Below are positions 11,437-21,059 of a stretch of DNA of 64,000 bases, one piece after another; the first letter of the stretch is position 1, and each line of letters starts with the position of its first letter. The translations under genes and the position numbers were made by a program. The stretch comes from an uncultured Candidatus Binatia bacterium. GTDB taxonomy: Bacteria; Desulfobacterota; Binatia; UBA9968; JAJDTQ01. Where the stretch lies: assembly GCA_964291295.2 (NCBI GenBank), contig OZ219754.1, positions 1,952,001 through 2,016,000 on the forward strand. The letters are read 5' to 3'. Under the pieces are notes generated by a model that was given only the letters and a program-made list of their open reading frames with translations, was not told where the DNA came from and ran no database searches.

Positions 11437-12995
11437 ACGTGACCTGGATTCTGCTGATGCCCCTGGCGGGCGGGCTGGCGGCGTGGCTCTCGGGCCGCTG
11501 GAGCGACCTGTGGCCGCGCTGGATTTCGCTGGCCACGGCACTGCTCCATCTGCTGTTCCTGCTGGTCACCTGGGGCGTCTTCTTCGCGGGCATCGAGACC
11601 GGGCAGGGCGGCTGGCTCATGGTCTACAAACAGCCGTGGATTCCGCAGTTGGGCATCAGCTTCCACCTGGCGGTGGACGGTCTCAGCCTGCTGCTGTTGC
11701 TGTTGGCGAGCTTTCTGACGGTGCTGGCGGTGCTGACCTCCTGGACCTCGGTCACGCACTCGGTGGGGTTCTTCCACCTCAATCTGTTGCTGGTCCTGAC
11801 CGCCCTTTCGGGCGTCTTCGTCGCCTTCGACCTGTTCCTTTTCTTCGTCTTCTGGGAGATATCCCTGCTGCCGCTGTACTTTCTCATCGGCATCTGGGGT
11901 TACGAGAACCGGGTGTATGCCACCACCAAGTTCTTCATCATCACCCAGGGGAGCGGGCTGCTGATGCTGCTGGCGATCCTGGGGCTGGTGGCGGTGCACT
12001 GGCAGTCCACGGGCGTCATGACCTTCGACTACCTGGAGCTGGTGGGGACGTCCATGTCGGAAGCGACGGCGTGGTGGCTCATGCTGGGCTTCTTCATCGC
12101 GTTCGCCGTCAAGCTGCCGGTGGTGCCGTTCCACACCTGGCTGCCGGACGCCCACACGCAGGCGCCCACCGCGGGCAGCGTGGCGCTGGCCGGCCTGCTG
12201 CTCAAGGTCGGCGCCTACGGCATGCTGCGGTTCGTCCTGCCGCTCTTTCCCCGGGCCGCTTCGGACTTCGCCCTCGCCGCCATGATCCTGGCGGTGGTGG
12301 GCATCCTCTACGGCGCGGTGCTGGCCTTGGGTCAGACCGACCTGAAGCGCATGGTGGCCTACACCAGCATCAGCCACATGGGCTTCGTGCTACTGGGCAT
12401 CTTCACGTGGAACGACCTGGCCCTCCAGGGGGCGGTGATCATCATGCTTTCCCACGGCTTCAGCGCCGCCGCCCTGTTCATGCTGGTGGGTGACCTTCAG
12501 CACCGCACCCATACGCGCGATCTTGGCCGCCTCGGCGGGCTGTGGGCCACCGCGCCGCGGATGGGCGGCGTCGGGCTGTTCTTCGCAATGGCGTCCCTGG
12601 GGCTGCCGGGCCTTGCCAGCTTCGTGGGTGAATTCCTGGTGCTCCTGGGGGCTTTCCAGGTCAACGCGCCGTTGACGGTGCTGGCCTCGGTGGGCCTCGT
12701 GGCCGCCACCATCTATTCGTTGTGGATGATGCAGAAAGTCTACTACGGCGCCAACACGGGAGCGTGGAAGCTCGACGACACCAGCGGCCGGGAGATGGCG
12801 GGCATGGCGTCCCTCATGGGTGCGACGCTCTGGCTGGGTCTCTATCCGCAACCGGTGCTGACAACCGCCGGCGACGCGCTGGCGCAGATGCGGCAGTTCG
12901 CGGAGAAGGCGCGGCCCGTGGCGTCCGGCACCGGGGAGCGTGACGCGCCGGATGGCGTCGCCGCCGCGCCGCCGCAAGGAGGGCGGCGGCCGTGA
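11433..12995 (+). CDS. nuoM: NADH-quinone oxidoreductase subunit M
   Basis: FFVFWE and VKLPVVPFHTWLPDAH..APT; ATGA overlap with nuoL gives start 11433. Confidence 0.96.
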   Translation: MNVTWILLMPLAGGLAAWLSGRWSDLWPRWISLATALLHLLFLLVTWGVFFAGIETGQGGWLMVYKQPWIPQLGISFHLAVDGLSLLLLLLASFLTVLAVLTSWTSVTHSVGFFHLNLLLVLTALSGVFVAFDLFLFFVFWEISLLPLYFLIGIWGYENRVYATTKFFIITQGSGLLMLLAILGLVAVHWQSTGVMTFDYLELVGTSMSEATAWWLMLGFFIAFAVKLPVVPFHTWLPDAHTQAPTAGSVALAGLLLKVGAYGMLRFVLPLFPRAASDFALAAMILAVVGILYGAVLALGQTDLKRMVAYTSISHMGFVLLGIFTWNDLALQGAVIIMLSHGFSAAALFMLVGDLQHRTHTRDLGRLGGLWATAPRMGGVGLFFAMASLGLPGLASFVGEFLVLLGAFQVNAPLTVLASVGLVAATIYSLWMMQKVYYGANTGAWKLDDTSGREMAGMASLMGATLWLGLYPQPVLTTAGDALAQMRQFAEKARPVASGTGERDAPDGVAAAPPQGGRRP

Positions 12996-14425
12996 ACGTG
13001 TTCGGGGCGCTGACCCCCATCGTCATCCTGGGCCTGACCCCCCTGGTGCTCATGCTGGCGGTCTCGTTCCGCCGCAGCCACGGCCTCGCCGCGCTGCTCT
13101 CGCTGGCGGGTCTCGCGCTGACGCTGGCGGTGCTGCCCGGAGTCACCGGGAGCACGGTGGCGCCGCTCCTGGCCATGGACGCCTATGCGCTCTTCTACAT
13201 CGGGCTGCTTTCCGCCGCCACGATGGTGGTGGTGGTCCTGTCCTACGGCTACCTGGAGCGCACCTCGGGAAACCGCGAGGAGTTCTACCTGCTGCTCACG
13301 CTCGCCACCTTCGGCTGCGCCGTGCTCACCGCCAGCAACCACTTCGTGTCGTTTTTCCTGGGGCTGGAGATCCTGAGCGTCTCCCTCTACGGACTGGTGG
13401 CCTACCGCCGCACCACCCGGACGGCGCTGGAATCCGGCGTCAAGTACCTGATCCTGGCGGCCGCCTCGGCGGCCTTCCTGCTGTTCGGCATGGCGCTCAT
13501 CTACGCGGATCTGGGCACCATGGACTTCGCCGCCATGACATCGGTGCTGGCGGGCAAGGCATGGGAACCGACCCTGCTGCTGCTCGGGGGCTTTGCCATG
13601 GTGGTCATCGGTGCCGGCTTCAAGCTCGCCGTGGTCCCGTTCCACATGTGGGCGCCGGACGTTTACCAGGGCGCCCCCACGCCGGTCACCGCCTATCTGG
13701 CCACCGTGTCCAAGGGCGCCATGGTGGCCCTGCTGCTTCGTTACGGGCAGTACGGCGGACTGCTGGACTACGACTCGGTAGCCACCGTGCTGGCCATCAT
13801 CGCCGTGGCCTCCATGTTCCTCGGCAATCTCCTGGCGCTGCTGCAGGAGAACGTCAAGCGCCTGCTGGCCTGTTCGTCCATCGCCCATCTCGGCTATCTG
13901 CTGGTGGCGGTGGTGGCCGCCTCCCGGGAGGGTTCCCACGCGGTGACGTTCTACCTCGTGGCCTACTTCATCACCTCGCTGGGCATCTTCGGCATCGTCA
14001 CCGCGCTTTCGGACGAGCGCAAGGAGGCCGACGAGGTCAGCGACTACCGCGGTCTTTTCTGGCGCCGCCCGTGGGTGAGCGGCGCCTTGTCGCTCATGCT
14101 CTTCTCGCTGGCGGGGATTCCCCTCACCGCGGGGTTCGTTGGCAAGTTCTACGTCCTCACCGCGGCCGTGCTGTCCGATCTGTGGATCCTGGTGATCCTG
14201 CTGGTGGTGAGCAGCGTCATCGGACTCTGCTACTACCTGCGCATGATCATCACCCTGTACCAGTCCGCGCCTGACGCCGGCTCCTCGCCGCTGCCCGCCA
14301 CCCGCCGTTTCTCCCTGCCCGAGGGGCTTGTGTTCGCCGGACTCACGGTGCTGCTCATCTGGTTCGGCGTCCATCCCGCGCCGTTGCTGGGCGCGATCCA
14401 GGCGGCCATCGGCAGCCTGGCATAG
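12992..14425 (+). CDS. nuoN: NADH-quinone oxidoreductase subunit N
   Basis: FKLAVVPFHMWAPDVYQGAP and SLAGIPLTAGF.GK; GTGA overlap with nuoM. Confidence 0.96.
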   Translation: MNVFGALTPIVILGLTPLVLMLAVSFRRSHGLAALLSLAGLALTLAVLPGVTGSTVAPLLAMDAYALFYIGLLSAATMVVVVLSYGYLERTSGNREEFYLLLTLATFGCAVLTASNHFVSFFLGLEILSVSLYGLVAYRRTTRTALESGVKYLILAAASAAFLLFGMALIYADLGTMDFAAMTSVLAGKAWEPTLLLLGGFAMVVIGAGFKLAVVPFHMWAPDVYQGAPTPVTAYLATVSKGAMVALLLRYGQYGGLLDYDSVATVLAIIAVASMFLGNLLALLQENVKRLLACSSIAHLGYLLVAVVAASREGSHAVTFYLVAYFITSLGIFGIVTALSDERKEADEVSDYRGLFWRRPWVSGALSLMLFSLAGIPLTAGFVGKFYVLTAAVLSDLWILVILLVVSSVIGLCYYLRMIITLYQSAPDAGSSPLPATRRFSLPEGLVFAGLTVLLIWFGVHPAPLLGAIQAAIGSLA

Positions 14426-14596
14426 GAGCCTGCGCCACAGAAGACCCCCGTGGCAACGGGACCCGCCCAGTTCCAACGGGTGCCGGGTTCGTGTCCGATA
14501 ATGGCACGAGGCGGCAGGTTTCCGGCGGTGTGGACGAGAATCCGTACATCCCTCCCCGCCGGCCACGCGCCGGGGCTCGGCTCCCAGGTCAGGCCG

Positions 14597-15391
14597 TCAG
14601 GCGAGCAGTGCGCCGCGCAGAACCGTGACCGCCTGACCCGACAGGGTGACCCGGCTGCCGCGAACGGCGACCTTGACGAGGCCGCCGCGCTCCGACAGTT
14701 GCCGCGCGGTGAAGGCGCTTCGGCCCAGGCGGTGCTGCCAGTAGGGCCCGAGGCCGCAGTGGGCCGATCCGGTGACCGGGTCCTCGTCGATGCCGGTCCT
14801 GGGGGCGAAGAAGCGTGACACGAAGTCCACGTCCTTGAAGGAAGCCGGCGCCGTGACGATGATCCCGCGCGTGTCGATCTCCGCGAGGCGCGCGAAGTTC
14901 GGCTCGAGCCGTTCCACGGCCATGGGTGTGTCGACTTCGACGAGGTAGTCGAAGCGGTTCCGGCCGACATGGGTCGGCTCGGCGCCCAGGGCGCTGGCAA
15001 GTCCGACCGGAACAGGCGCCGGCGCGGCAGGTTCCGCCGGAAAGTCCATCTCGATCCAACCGCCGCGCAACGCCGCCGACAACCGGCCGGAGCGCGTGTG
15101 GAAGACGGCCGGCGCGTGCGCCGCCAAGTGCCCCTCCTCCCACAGCACGTGGGCGCTGGCCAGCGTGGCGTGGCCGCACAGGTCCACTTCCACCCGGGGC
15201 GTGAACCAGCGCAGGTCGAACACGCCGTTGTCCCGGCGAACAAGGAAAGCCGTTTCCGACAGGTTCATCTCCCGGGCCACCCCCTGCATCCATGCGGCGT
15301 CGGCCGGAACCGGCAGGAGGCACACCGCGGCCGGGTTGCCGCGGAACGGCTCGCTGGTGAAAGCGTCGACCTGAATGAGGGTGGGGGTCAT
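14597..15391 (-). CDS. PhzF-family epimerase/isomerase
   Basis: QVDAFT..FRGNPAAV, MNLSETAF, EVDLCGHATLA and EDPVTGSAH; start re-picked at MTPTLIQ. Confidence 0.92.
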   Translation of the reverse strand: MTPTLIQVDAFTSEPFRGNPAAVCLLPVPADAAWMQGVAREMNLSETAFLVRRDNGVFDLRWFTPRVEVDLCGHATLASAHVLWEEGHLAAHAPAVFHTRSGRLSAALRGGWIEMDFPAEPAAPAPVPVGLASALGAEPTHVGRNRFDYLVEVDTPMAVERLEPNFARLAEIDTRGIIVTAPASFKDVDFVSRFFAPRTGIDEDPVTGSAHCGLGPYWQHRLGRSAFTARQLSERGGLVKVAVRGSRVTLSGQAVTVLRGALLA

Positions 15392-15519
15392 CCGTGACAA
15401 CTCCGGTCCCCGTCCGGTCAAGGTCCGCCGCCCGGACCCCGGGTCCGACGTCGGCTCTCCCTTGCGGGAGCGGACAGAGATCACCCTGAACCCTACCACA
15501 AACCCCAGGCCAGGGCTGA

Positions 15520-15548
15520 TTGACAGGCGTGGCGGACCGGGATTAACT
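15520..15548 (+). promoter_or_regulatory. Possible sigma70 promoter for the ThDP-enzyme/frc/ligase operon
   Basis: Perfect TTGACA at 15520, then 17 bp, then a weak -10 (TTAACT) in an AT-richer patch ~70 bp upstream of ATG 15619. Confidence 0.35.
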
Positions 15549-15618
15549 AACGGAATTTTGCCGGCGCGGTGGCTGCACGGGGGGTCGCCGGCATACGTTC
15601 CCGCGAAGGACTGCAGAC

Positions 15619-17370
15619 ATGGCGAGGGTTTCAACGGACGGGCGCATTGCGGATACGGCCCGGGACACGCTGGTGCGGAAGAGCCGTGACGCGGACGTGG
15701 TCTCCGGCGGGCATCTGGTGGCCGCGGCCCTGAAGAACGAAGGCGTGGACACGATCTTCACCCTGTGCGGCGGTCATATCATCGATATCTATGACGGCTG
15801 TATCGACCATGGAATCCGCGTGGTGGATGTGCGTCACGAGCAGGTGGCGGCCCACGCGGCGGACGGCTATGCCCGGCAGACCGGGCGGCTGGGCTGTGTG
15901 GTGACCACCGCCGGGCCGGGTTTCACCAACGCGCTCACGGGCATCGCCACGGCGTTTCGGTCGGAGAGTCCGGTGCTTCACATCGGCGGACAGGGGGCGC
16001 TGACCCAACACAAGATGGGTTCGCTGCAGGATCTGCCGCACGTGGATGTCGCCGCCCCCATCACCAAGTTCTCGGCCAGCGTGCGTTCCACGGAGCGCAT
16101 CGCCGACATGGTGGCCATGGCGGCGCGCGAGTGCTTCGCGGGCGCGCGCGGTCCGAGCTACCTGGAGATCCCCCGGGACGTGCTCGACCGCGAGGTGCCG
16201 GCGCGCGACGTGGTGGTGCCGGCACGCGGCTGCTACCGCGCGTCCACCGGTTCCATCGGCGACCCCGCGGATGTCGAGAAGCTGGCGGCGTTGCTGATGA
16301 AGTCCGAGCGGCCCGCGGTGCTGCTGGGCACCCAGGTGTGGACCTGCCGGGGGCACGAGGCCGCGACCGCGCTGTTCAAGGTCCTCGACATTCCCTGCTA
16401 CATGAACGGCGCCGCCCGCGGCCTGCTGCCGCCCGGCGACCCCCACGGCTTCAATCGCACCCGCGGTGACGCCTTCCGCGAGGCCGATGTCATCGTCATC
16501 GTGGGCACACCCTTTGACTTCCGCATGGGTTACGGACGGCGGCTCCGCGCCGACGCCACCGTGGTCCACATCGATCTGGACTATCGCACGGTGGCGAAGA
16601 ACCGGGACGTGTCGCTCGGTCTGGTGGGCGACCCGGGGGCGATTCTCAAGGCGGTCCACGCCGCCATCGGAGAACGGCCGGACAACGGCGCCCGGGGCCG
16701 CGCTCGCTGGCTGGCGCATCTCCGCGCTCTGGAAGGCGAGCACGCCGCCCGGCTCATGCCCCTGTTCCGGTCCGACGCCAACCCCATCCATCCTTACCGG
16801 GTGGCCTGGGAACTCAACGAGTTCCTCACCGAAGACACCGTCTATATCGGCGACGGCGGCGATGTCGTCACCATCAGCGCCCAGGCGGTGGAGCCCCGGG
16901 CCCCCGGCAACTGGATGGACCCCGGCGCCCTCGGGTCGCTGGGTGTGGGCACGGGTTTCGCGCTCGCCGCCAAGCTGGTGAACCCGGAGAAGGAAGTGCT
17001 GTGCTACTACGGCGACGGCTCCTTCGGCATGACCGCCTTCGACATGGAGACCGCCAACCGGTTCGGCGCTCCTTACATCGCGGTCATCGGCAACAACTCG
17101 GCCATGAACCAGATCCGCTACGGCCAGCTCGCCAAGTACGGTGAAGAGCGCGGCAATGTCGGCAGCCTGCTCGGGGATGTGGATTTCTCGAAGTTTGCGG
17201 AAATGTTGGGTGGATACGGCGAGCGGGTCACCGATTGCCGCGAGATCGGGGCGGCGCTGCGGCGGGCGCGGGAGTCGGTGAAGACCTCCGGCAGGTCCGC
17301 CGTGGTCGATATCCGGGTGGACGCCGGCGAATGGGCGCCCGGCACCCGGCGCCAGACGATGTACAGGTAG
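15619..17370 (+). CDS. ThDP-dependent enzyme, 2-hydroxyacyl-CoA lyase / oxalyl-CoA decarboxylase-like
   Basis: GGHLVA..LCGGHI, RHEQVAAHAADGYA (catalytic Glu), TAGPG and the GDG...NN ThDP motif (GDGSFG...GNNS); adjacent to frc. Confidence 0.8.
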   Translation: MARVSTDGRIADTARDTLVRKSRDADVVSGGHLVAAALKNEGVDTIFTLCGGHIIDIYDGCIDHGIRVVDVRHEQVAAHAADGYARQTGRLGCVVTTAGPGFTNALTGIATAFRSESPVLHIGGQGALTQHKMGSLQDLPHVDVAAPITKFSASVRSTERIADMVAMAARECFAGARGPSYLEIPRDVLDREVPARDVVVPARGCYRASTGSIGDPADVEKLAALLMKSERPAVLLGTQVWTCRGHEAATALFKVLDIPCYMNGAARGLLPPGDPHGFNRTRGDAFREADVIVIVGTPFDFRMGYGRRLRADATVVHIDLDYRTVAKNRDVSLGLVGDPGAILKAVHAAIGERPDNGARGRARWLAHLRALEGEHAARLMPLFRSDANPIHPYRVAWELNEFLTEDTVYIGDGGDVVTISAQAVEPRAPGNWMDPGALGSLGVGTGFALAAKLVNPEKEVLCYYGDGSFGMTAFDMETANRFGAPYIAVIGNNSAMNQIRYGQLAKYGEERGNVGSLLGDVDFSKFAEMLGGYGERVTDCREIGAALRRARESVKTSGRSAVVDIRVDAGEWAPGTRRQTMYR

Positions 17371-17398
17371 CCCGGGATACCACCGGCCAGGGAACAAG

Positions 17399-18652
17399 AT
17401 GGACAAGGCACTCTCCGGCATCCGTATCCTGGACATGACCCACGTGCAGGCGGGGCCTGCGTCGAGCCAGCTCATGGGTTTCCTGGGCGCGGACGTGATC
17501 AAGCTCGAATCGCCCGCGGGCGATGCCACGCGCAGGCAACTCCGGGACATGCCCGGCGCCGACAGCCTCTACTTCACCATGCTGAACTGCAACAAGCGCT
17601 CCATCACGGTGAACCTCAAGAACCACCGCGGCAAGGAAGTGTTCACCCGGCTCGTCCAGAGCTGCGACGTGTTGCTGGAGAACTTCGGCCCGGGCGTGCT
17701 GGATCGTCTCGGGTTCGGCTGGGAGAAGGTGCACGAACTGAACCCCCGCCTGATCATGGGCTCCATCAAGGGGTTCGGCAGCCAGGGCCCCTACGCCGCC
17801 TTCAAGGCCTACGAGAACGTGGCCCAGGCCATGGGCGGCGCCATGAGCACCAGCGGCCTGTTCGATGGCCCGCCGGTGGTCACCGGCGCGCAGATCGGCG
17901 ACTCCGGAACCGGTGTCCACTTGCTGGCCGGCATCCTCGCGGCGCTGTTGCAGCGGGAACGCACCGGGCGCGGCCAGTACGTCGAGACCGCCATGATGGA
18001 CTGCGTCATGAATCTCTGCCGGGTGAAGTTTCGGGACCACCAGCGCATGGAGCGCGGTCCCCTGACCGAGTACTCGGTGCAGGAATTCGAGGACTTTACC
18101 CCCCGGGCCGGCAACGACTCCGGCGGCGGCCAGTTGGGCAACGCGATCCCGTGCAGGCCCGGCGGTGCCAACGACTACCTTTATGTGGTGGTGCAGGAAC
18201 ACGTGTGGGCCGCCCTGGCCAGACGTGTCGGCGGGGAGGTGCTGTCCGCGGACCCGCGGTTCGCCACCATCGACGCGCGGCGGGCCAACCAGGACGCCAT
18301 GTGGCGCCTGCTGGCGGAATTCGCCCGGAGCTACACCAAGTGGGAGCTGATGGACATCCTCAACGGCCTCGACGTTCCCTGCGGGCCGGTCATGAGCACC
18401 CGGGATCTGGCCGGTGACGCCCACGTCCGGCTCCGCGAGATGATGGTGGCGGTGGATCATCCCGAGCGCGGCACCTGGTACAACGTGGGGTGCCCCATCA
18501 AGCTTTCGGATTCGCCGGTGACGGTCCGGCGCTCGCCGCTGTTGGGCGAGCATACCGATGAGGTGCTGGGCGAAGTCCTGGGCTGTGGCAGGGACGAGAT
18601 CGCGCAGCTCCGGCGCGCCGGGGCGTTCACGCGTGAACCGCCGCCGGAGTGA
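17399..18652 (+). CDS. frc: Formyl-CoA transferase (class III CoA-transferase)
   Basis: LDMTHVQAGP, DSLYFTMLNCNKRS, KAYENVAQ, catalytic Asp in QIGDSGTG and glycine loop GNDSGGGQ. Confidence 0.87.
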   Translation: MDKALSGIRILDMTHVQAGPASSQLMGFLGADVIKLESPAGDATRRQLRDMPGADSLYFTMLNCNKRSITVNLKNHRGKEVFTRLVQSCDVLLENFGPGVLDRLGFGWEKVHELNPRLIMGSIKGFGSQGPYAAFKAYENVAQAMGGAMSTSGLFDGPPVVTGAQIGDSGTGVHLLAGILAALLQRERTGRGQYVETAMMDCVMNLCRVKFRDHQRMERGPLTEYSVQEFEDFTPRAGNDSGGGQLGNAIPCRPGGANDYLYVVVQEHVWAALARRVGGEVLSADPRFATIDARRANQDAMWRLLAEFARSYTKWELMDILNGLDVPCGPVMSTRDLAGDAHVRLREMMVAVDHPERGTWYNVGCPIKLSDSPVTVRRSPLLGEHTDEVLGEVLGCGRDEIAQLRRAGAFTREPPPE

Positions 18653-18690
18653 TTCCGGGACAACGGCAGCGCGGACGAGGAGGACAGGCC

Positions 18691-20835
18691 ATGCAGGCGG
18701 GAGCGAGTCGACAGGAGCAGGTGGGCGCGGTGCTGGATCGCGTGAAGTCCGCGGGCAGGACGGCGCTGTCCCTGGCGGAGTGCGGCGAGGTGCTGCGCGC
18801 CTACGGTGTGCCGCTGCCGCGGGAGGGCGTGGCCCACTCGGCTACGGAGGCCGCCGACCTGGCGGCGGACATCGGCTTTCCGGTGGTGATGAAGATCATC
18901 TCGGACGACATCCTGCACAAGACCGAGGCGGGCGGCGTGCGGTTGGGGGTGGCGGACCGGGAGCAGGCGGAGCGGGCGTATGGAACCCTGTTGAGCAACG
19001 CCCGTGCCTACAAGGCCGGCGCCGTCCTCGCCGGGGTCGAGGTGCAGGAGCAGGTCTCCCGCAAGGGCGTGGAGGTCATCGTCGGTGCGGTGACCGATCC
19101 GAGCTTCGGCAAGGTGGTGGCCTTCGGACTGGGGGGCGTGCTGGTGGAGGTCCTGCGCGACGTGACCTTCCGGCTGGCGCCGGCGGGTCGGGACGAGGCG
19201 CTTTCCATGCTGGACGGCGTCGCCGCGGCGGAAGTCCTTCGGGGCGTCCGGGGCGGTGCCGCGGTGAGCCGGGAGGCGGTTGCCGACATCATCGTCCGGG
19301 TGTCGGAACTGGCAAGCGACTTTCCCGAGATCCGCGAGGTGGACCTCAATCCGGTGCTGGCGGACGCCAGCGGCGCCACCGCGGTGGACAGCGTGATGAC
19401 CGTGGACTTCGCACCGCAACCGGCGCCTTGGCGTCCGTCCCGGGACGAGATCGTCTCGGCCATGCGGCGCATCATGAATCCCGGGGCGGTGGCGGTCATC
19501 GGCGCTTCGGAGGGCGAGGGGAAGATCGGCAACTCGGTGATGAAGAACATCCTCAACGGCGGTTACGACGGCGCCCTCTACCCCATCCATCCCAGGGCCG
19601 ACCAGATCCTGGGCCAGCGGTGTTACAAGAGCGTCAAGGACATCCCCGGCGATGTGGATGTGGCCATCTTCGCGGTGCCGGCCCGGTTGTGCGCCGCCGC
19701 CATGACCGAGGTGGGTGAGAAGGGCATCCCGGGCGCGGTGATGATCCCGTCGGGCTTTGCCGAGGTGGGCGAGAAGGAGTTGCAGGACGAACTGCTGGCC
19801 GAGGCGCGCAAGTACAACGTGCGCGTCATGGGTCCCAACATCTACGGCTTCTACTACACGCCGGCCAACCTCTGCGCCACGTTCTGCACGCCCTATGACG
19901 TCAAGGGCCCGGTGGCGCTGTCGTCCCAGAGCGGCGGCGTGGGCATGTCCATCATCGGCTTCAGCCGCTCCACCCGGCTGGGCGTCTCGGCCATCGTCGG
20001 TCTGGGCAACAAGGCGGACCTGGACGAGGACGACCTGCTCACCTACTTCGAGCAGGACGATCACACCCAGGTGGTGGCCATGCACGCCGAAGACCTGAAG
20101 GATGGCCGCAGCTTTTGCGAGGTGGCCCGCCGGGTGTCCCGGAAGAAGCCGGTGGTGATGCTCAAGGCGGGCCGCACGCGGCTCGGCGCCCGCGCCGCGG
20201 CGTCCCACACCGGCGCCTTGGCCGGCGACGACAAGGTCTACGACGACCTGCTGAAGGCCTGCGGCGTGGTCCGCGCCTATTCCCTCAACGACATGCTCCA
20301 GTTTGCCCGGGGTCTCTCGGTGCTGCCCGCTCCCAAGGGCGAGGAGGTCGTCATCATCACCGGCGCCGGCGGTTCCGGGGTGCTCCTGTCGGACGCGGTG
20401 GTGGCCAACGGGCTCTCTCTCATGAGGTTTCCCAAGGATCTGGATGAGGGTTTCAAGCAGTTCATTCCGCCCTTCGGCGCGTCGGGCAATCCCGTGGACA
20501 TCACCGGCGGCGAGCCCCCCGCCACCTACGAGCGGACCATCCGGTTCGGACTGGAGGACGAGCGCATCCACGCGCTGATCCTGGGCTACTGGCACACCAT
20601 CATCACGCCGCCGATGGTCTTCGCCGAGTTGTGTGCCCGGGTGGTGCAAGAGGGGCGCGACCGGGGCATCGACAAACCGGTGGTGGTGTCGCTGGTGGGC
20701 GACGTCCAGGTGGAGGAGGCCTCGGAGTACCTCTACGAAAGGGGCATCGTGGCTTGCCCGTACACCACCGAACTGCCGGTGGCGATCCTGGGGGCCAAGT
20801 ACCGCTGGGCCCGGGGCGCCGGGCTGCTGGGATAG
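18691..20835 (+). CDS. ADP-forming acyl-CoA synthetase (acetate-CoA ligase family), ATP-grasp domain N-terminal
   Basis: N-terminal ATP-grasp (HKTEAGGV, DPSFG, DLNP), then CoA-binding (VAVIGAS, GPN), SQSGG, phospho-His SHTGALAG and NPVD; RBS GAGGAGG before ATG 18691. Confidence 0.9.
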   Translation: MQAGASRQEQVGAVLDRVKSAGRTALSLAECGEVLRAYGVPLPREGVAHSATEAADLAADIGFPVVMKIISDDILHKTEAGGVRLGVADREQAERAYGTLLSNARAYKAGAVLAGVEVQEQVSRKGVEVIVGAVTDPSFGKVVAFGLGGVLVEVLRDVTFRLAPAGRDEALSMLDGVAAAEVLRGVRGGAAVSREAVADIIVRVSELASDFPEIREVDLNPVLADASGATAVDSVMTVDFAPQPAPWRPSRDEIVSAMRRIMNPGAVAVIGASEGEGKIGNSVMKNILNGGYDGALYPIHPRADQILGQRCYKSVKDIPGDVDVAIFAVPARLCAAAMTEVGEKGIPGAVMIPSGFAEVGEKELQDELLAEARKYNVRVMGPNIYGFYYTPANLCATFCTPYDVKGPVALSSQSGGVGMSIIGFSRSTRLGVSAIVGLGNKADLDEDDLLTYFEQDDHTQVVAMHAEDLKDGRSFCEVARRVSRKKPVVMLKAGRTRLGARAAASHTGALAGDDKVYDDLLKACGVVRAYSLNDMLQFARGLSVLPAPKGEEVVIITGAGGSGVLLSDAVVANGLSLMRFPKDLDEGFKQFIPPFGASGNPVDITGGEPPATYERTIRFGLEDERIHALILGYWHTIITPPMVFAELCARVVQEGRDRGIDKPVVVSLVGDVQVEEASEYLYERGIVACPYTTELPVAILGAKYRWARGAGLLG

Positions 20836-20970
20836 CACCGTGGCGGCCCGTGCTGGAACGGCCCGTCGCGCCGACGGGCGACGTCCTTTTGCGCCGGTTC
20901 CCGGAACGGTGCGGTCGCGTTTTCGAAGGCGTGCCCGAGCGCGTTGACGGCGTCGGGTCAGGCGGTGGAC

Positions 20971-20980
20971 ATAACGTTAT
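20971..20980. promoter_or_regulatory. Perfect palindrome ATAACGTTAT, candidate operator
   Basis: AT-rich 10-bp palindrome with central CG in a GC-rich intergenic region ~80 bp upstream of CDS 21060; TTGACG at 20944. Confidence 0.4.
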
Positions 20981-21059
20981 CGGACAAGGGCCGCATCGTC
21001 TCCGGAGCCGTCTGCCGGGGAGGGCGGGCCGGACAGCCGCATCGGATCGGGGGTACACC

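Noticed and set aside
14597-15391. Phenazine biosynthesis cluster
   Set aside because: Lone PhzF-family gene with no phzA/B/D/E/G.
15619-17370. Acetolactate synthase large subunit (ilvB)
   Set aside because: No ilvN/ilvC; the motifs and frc context favour an acyl-CoA lyase/decarboxylase.
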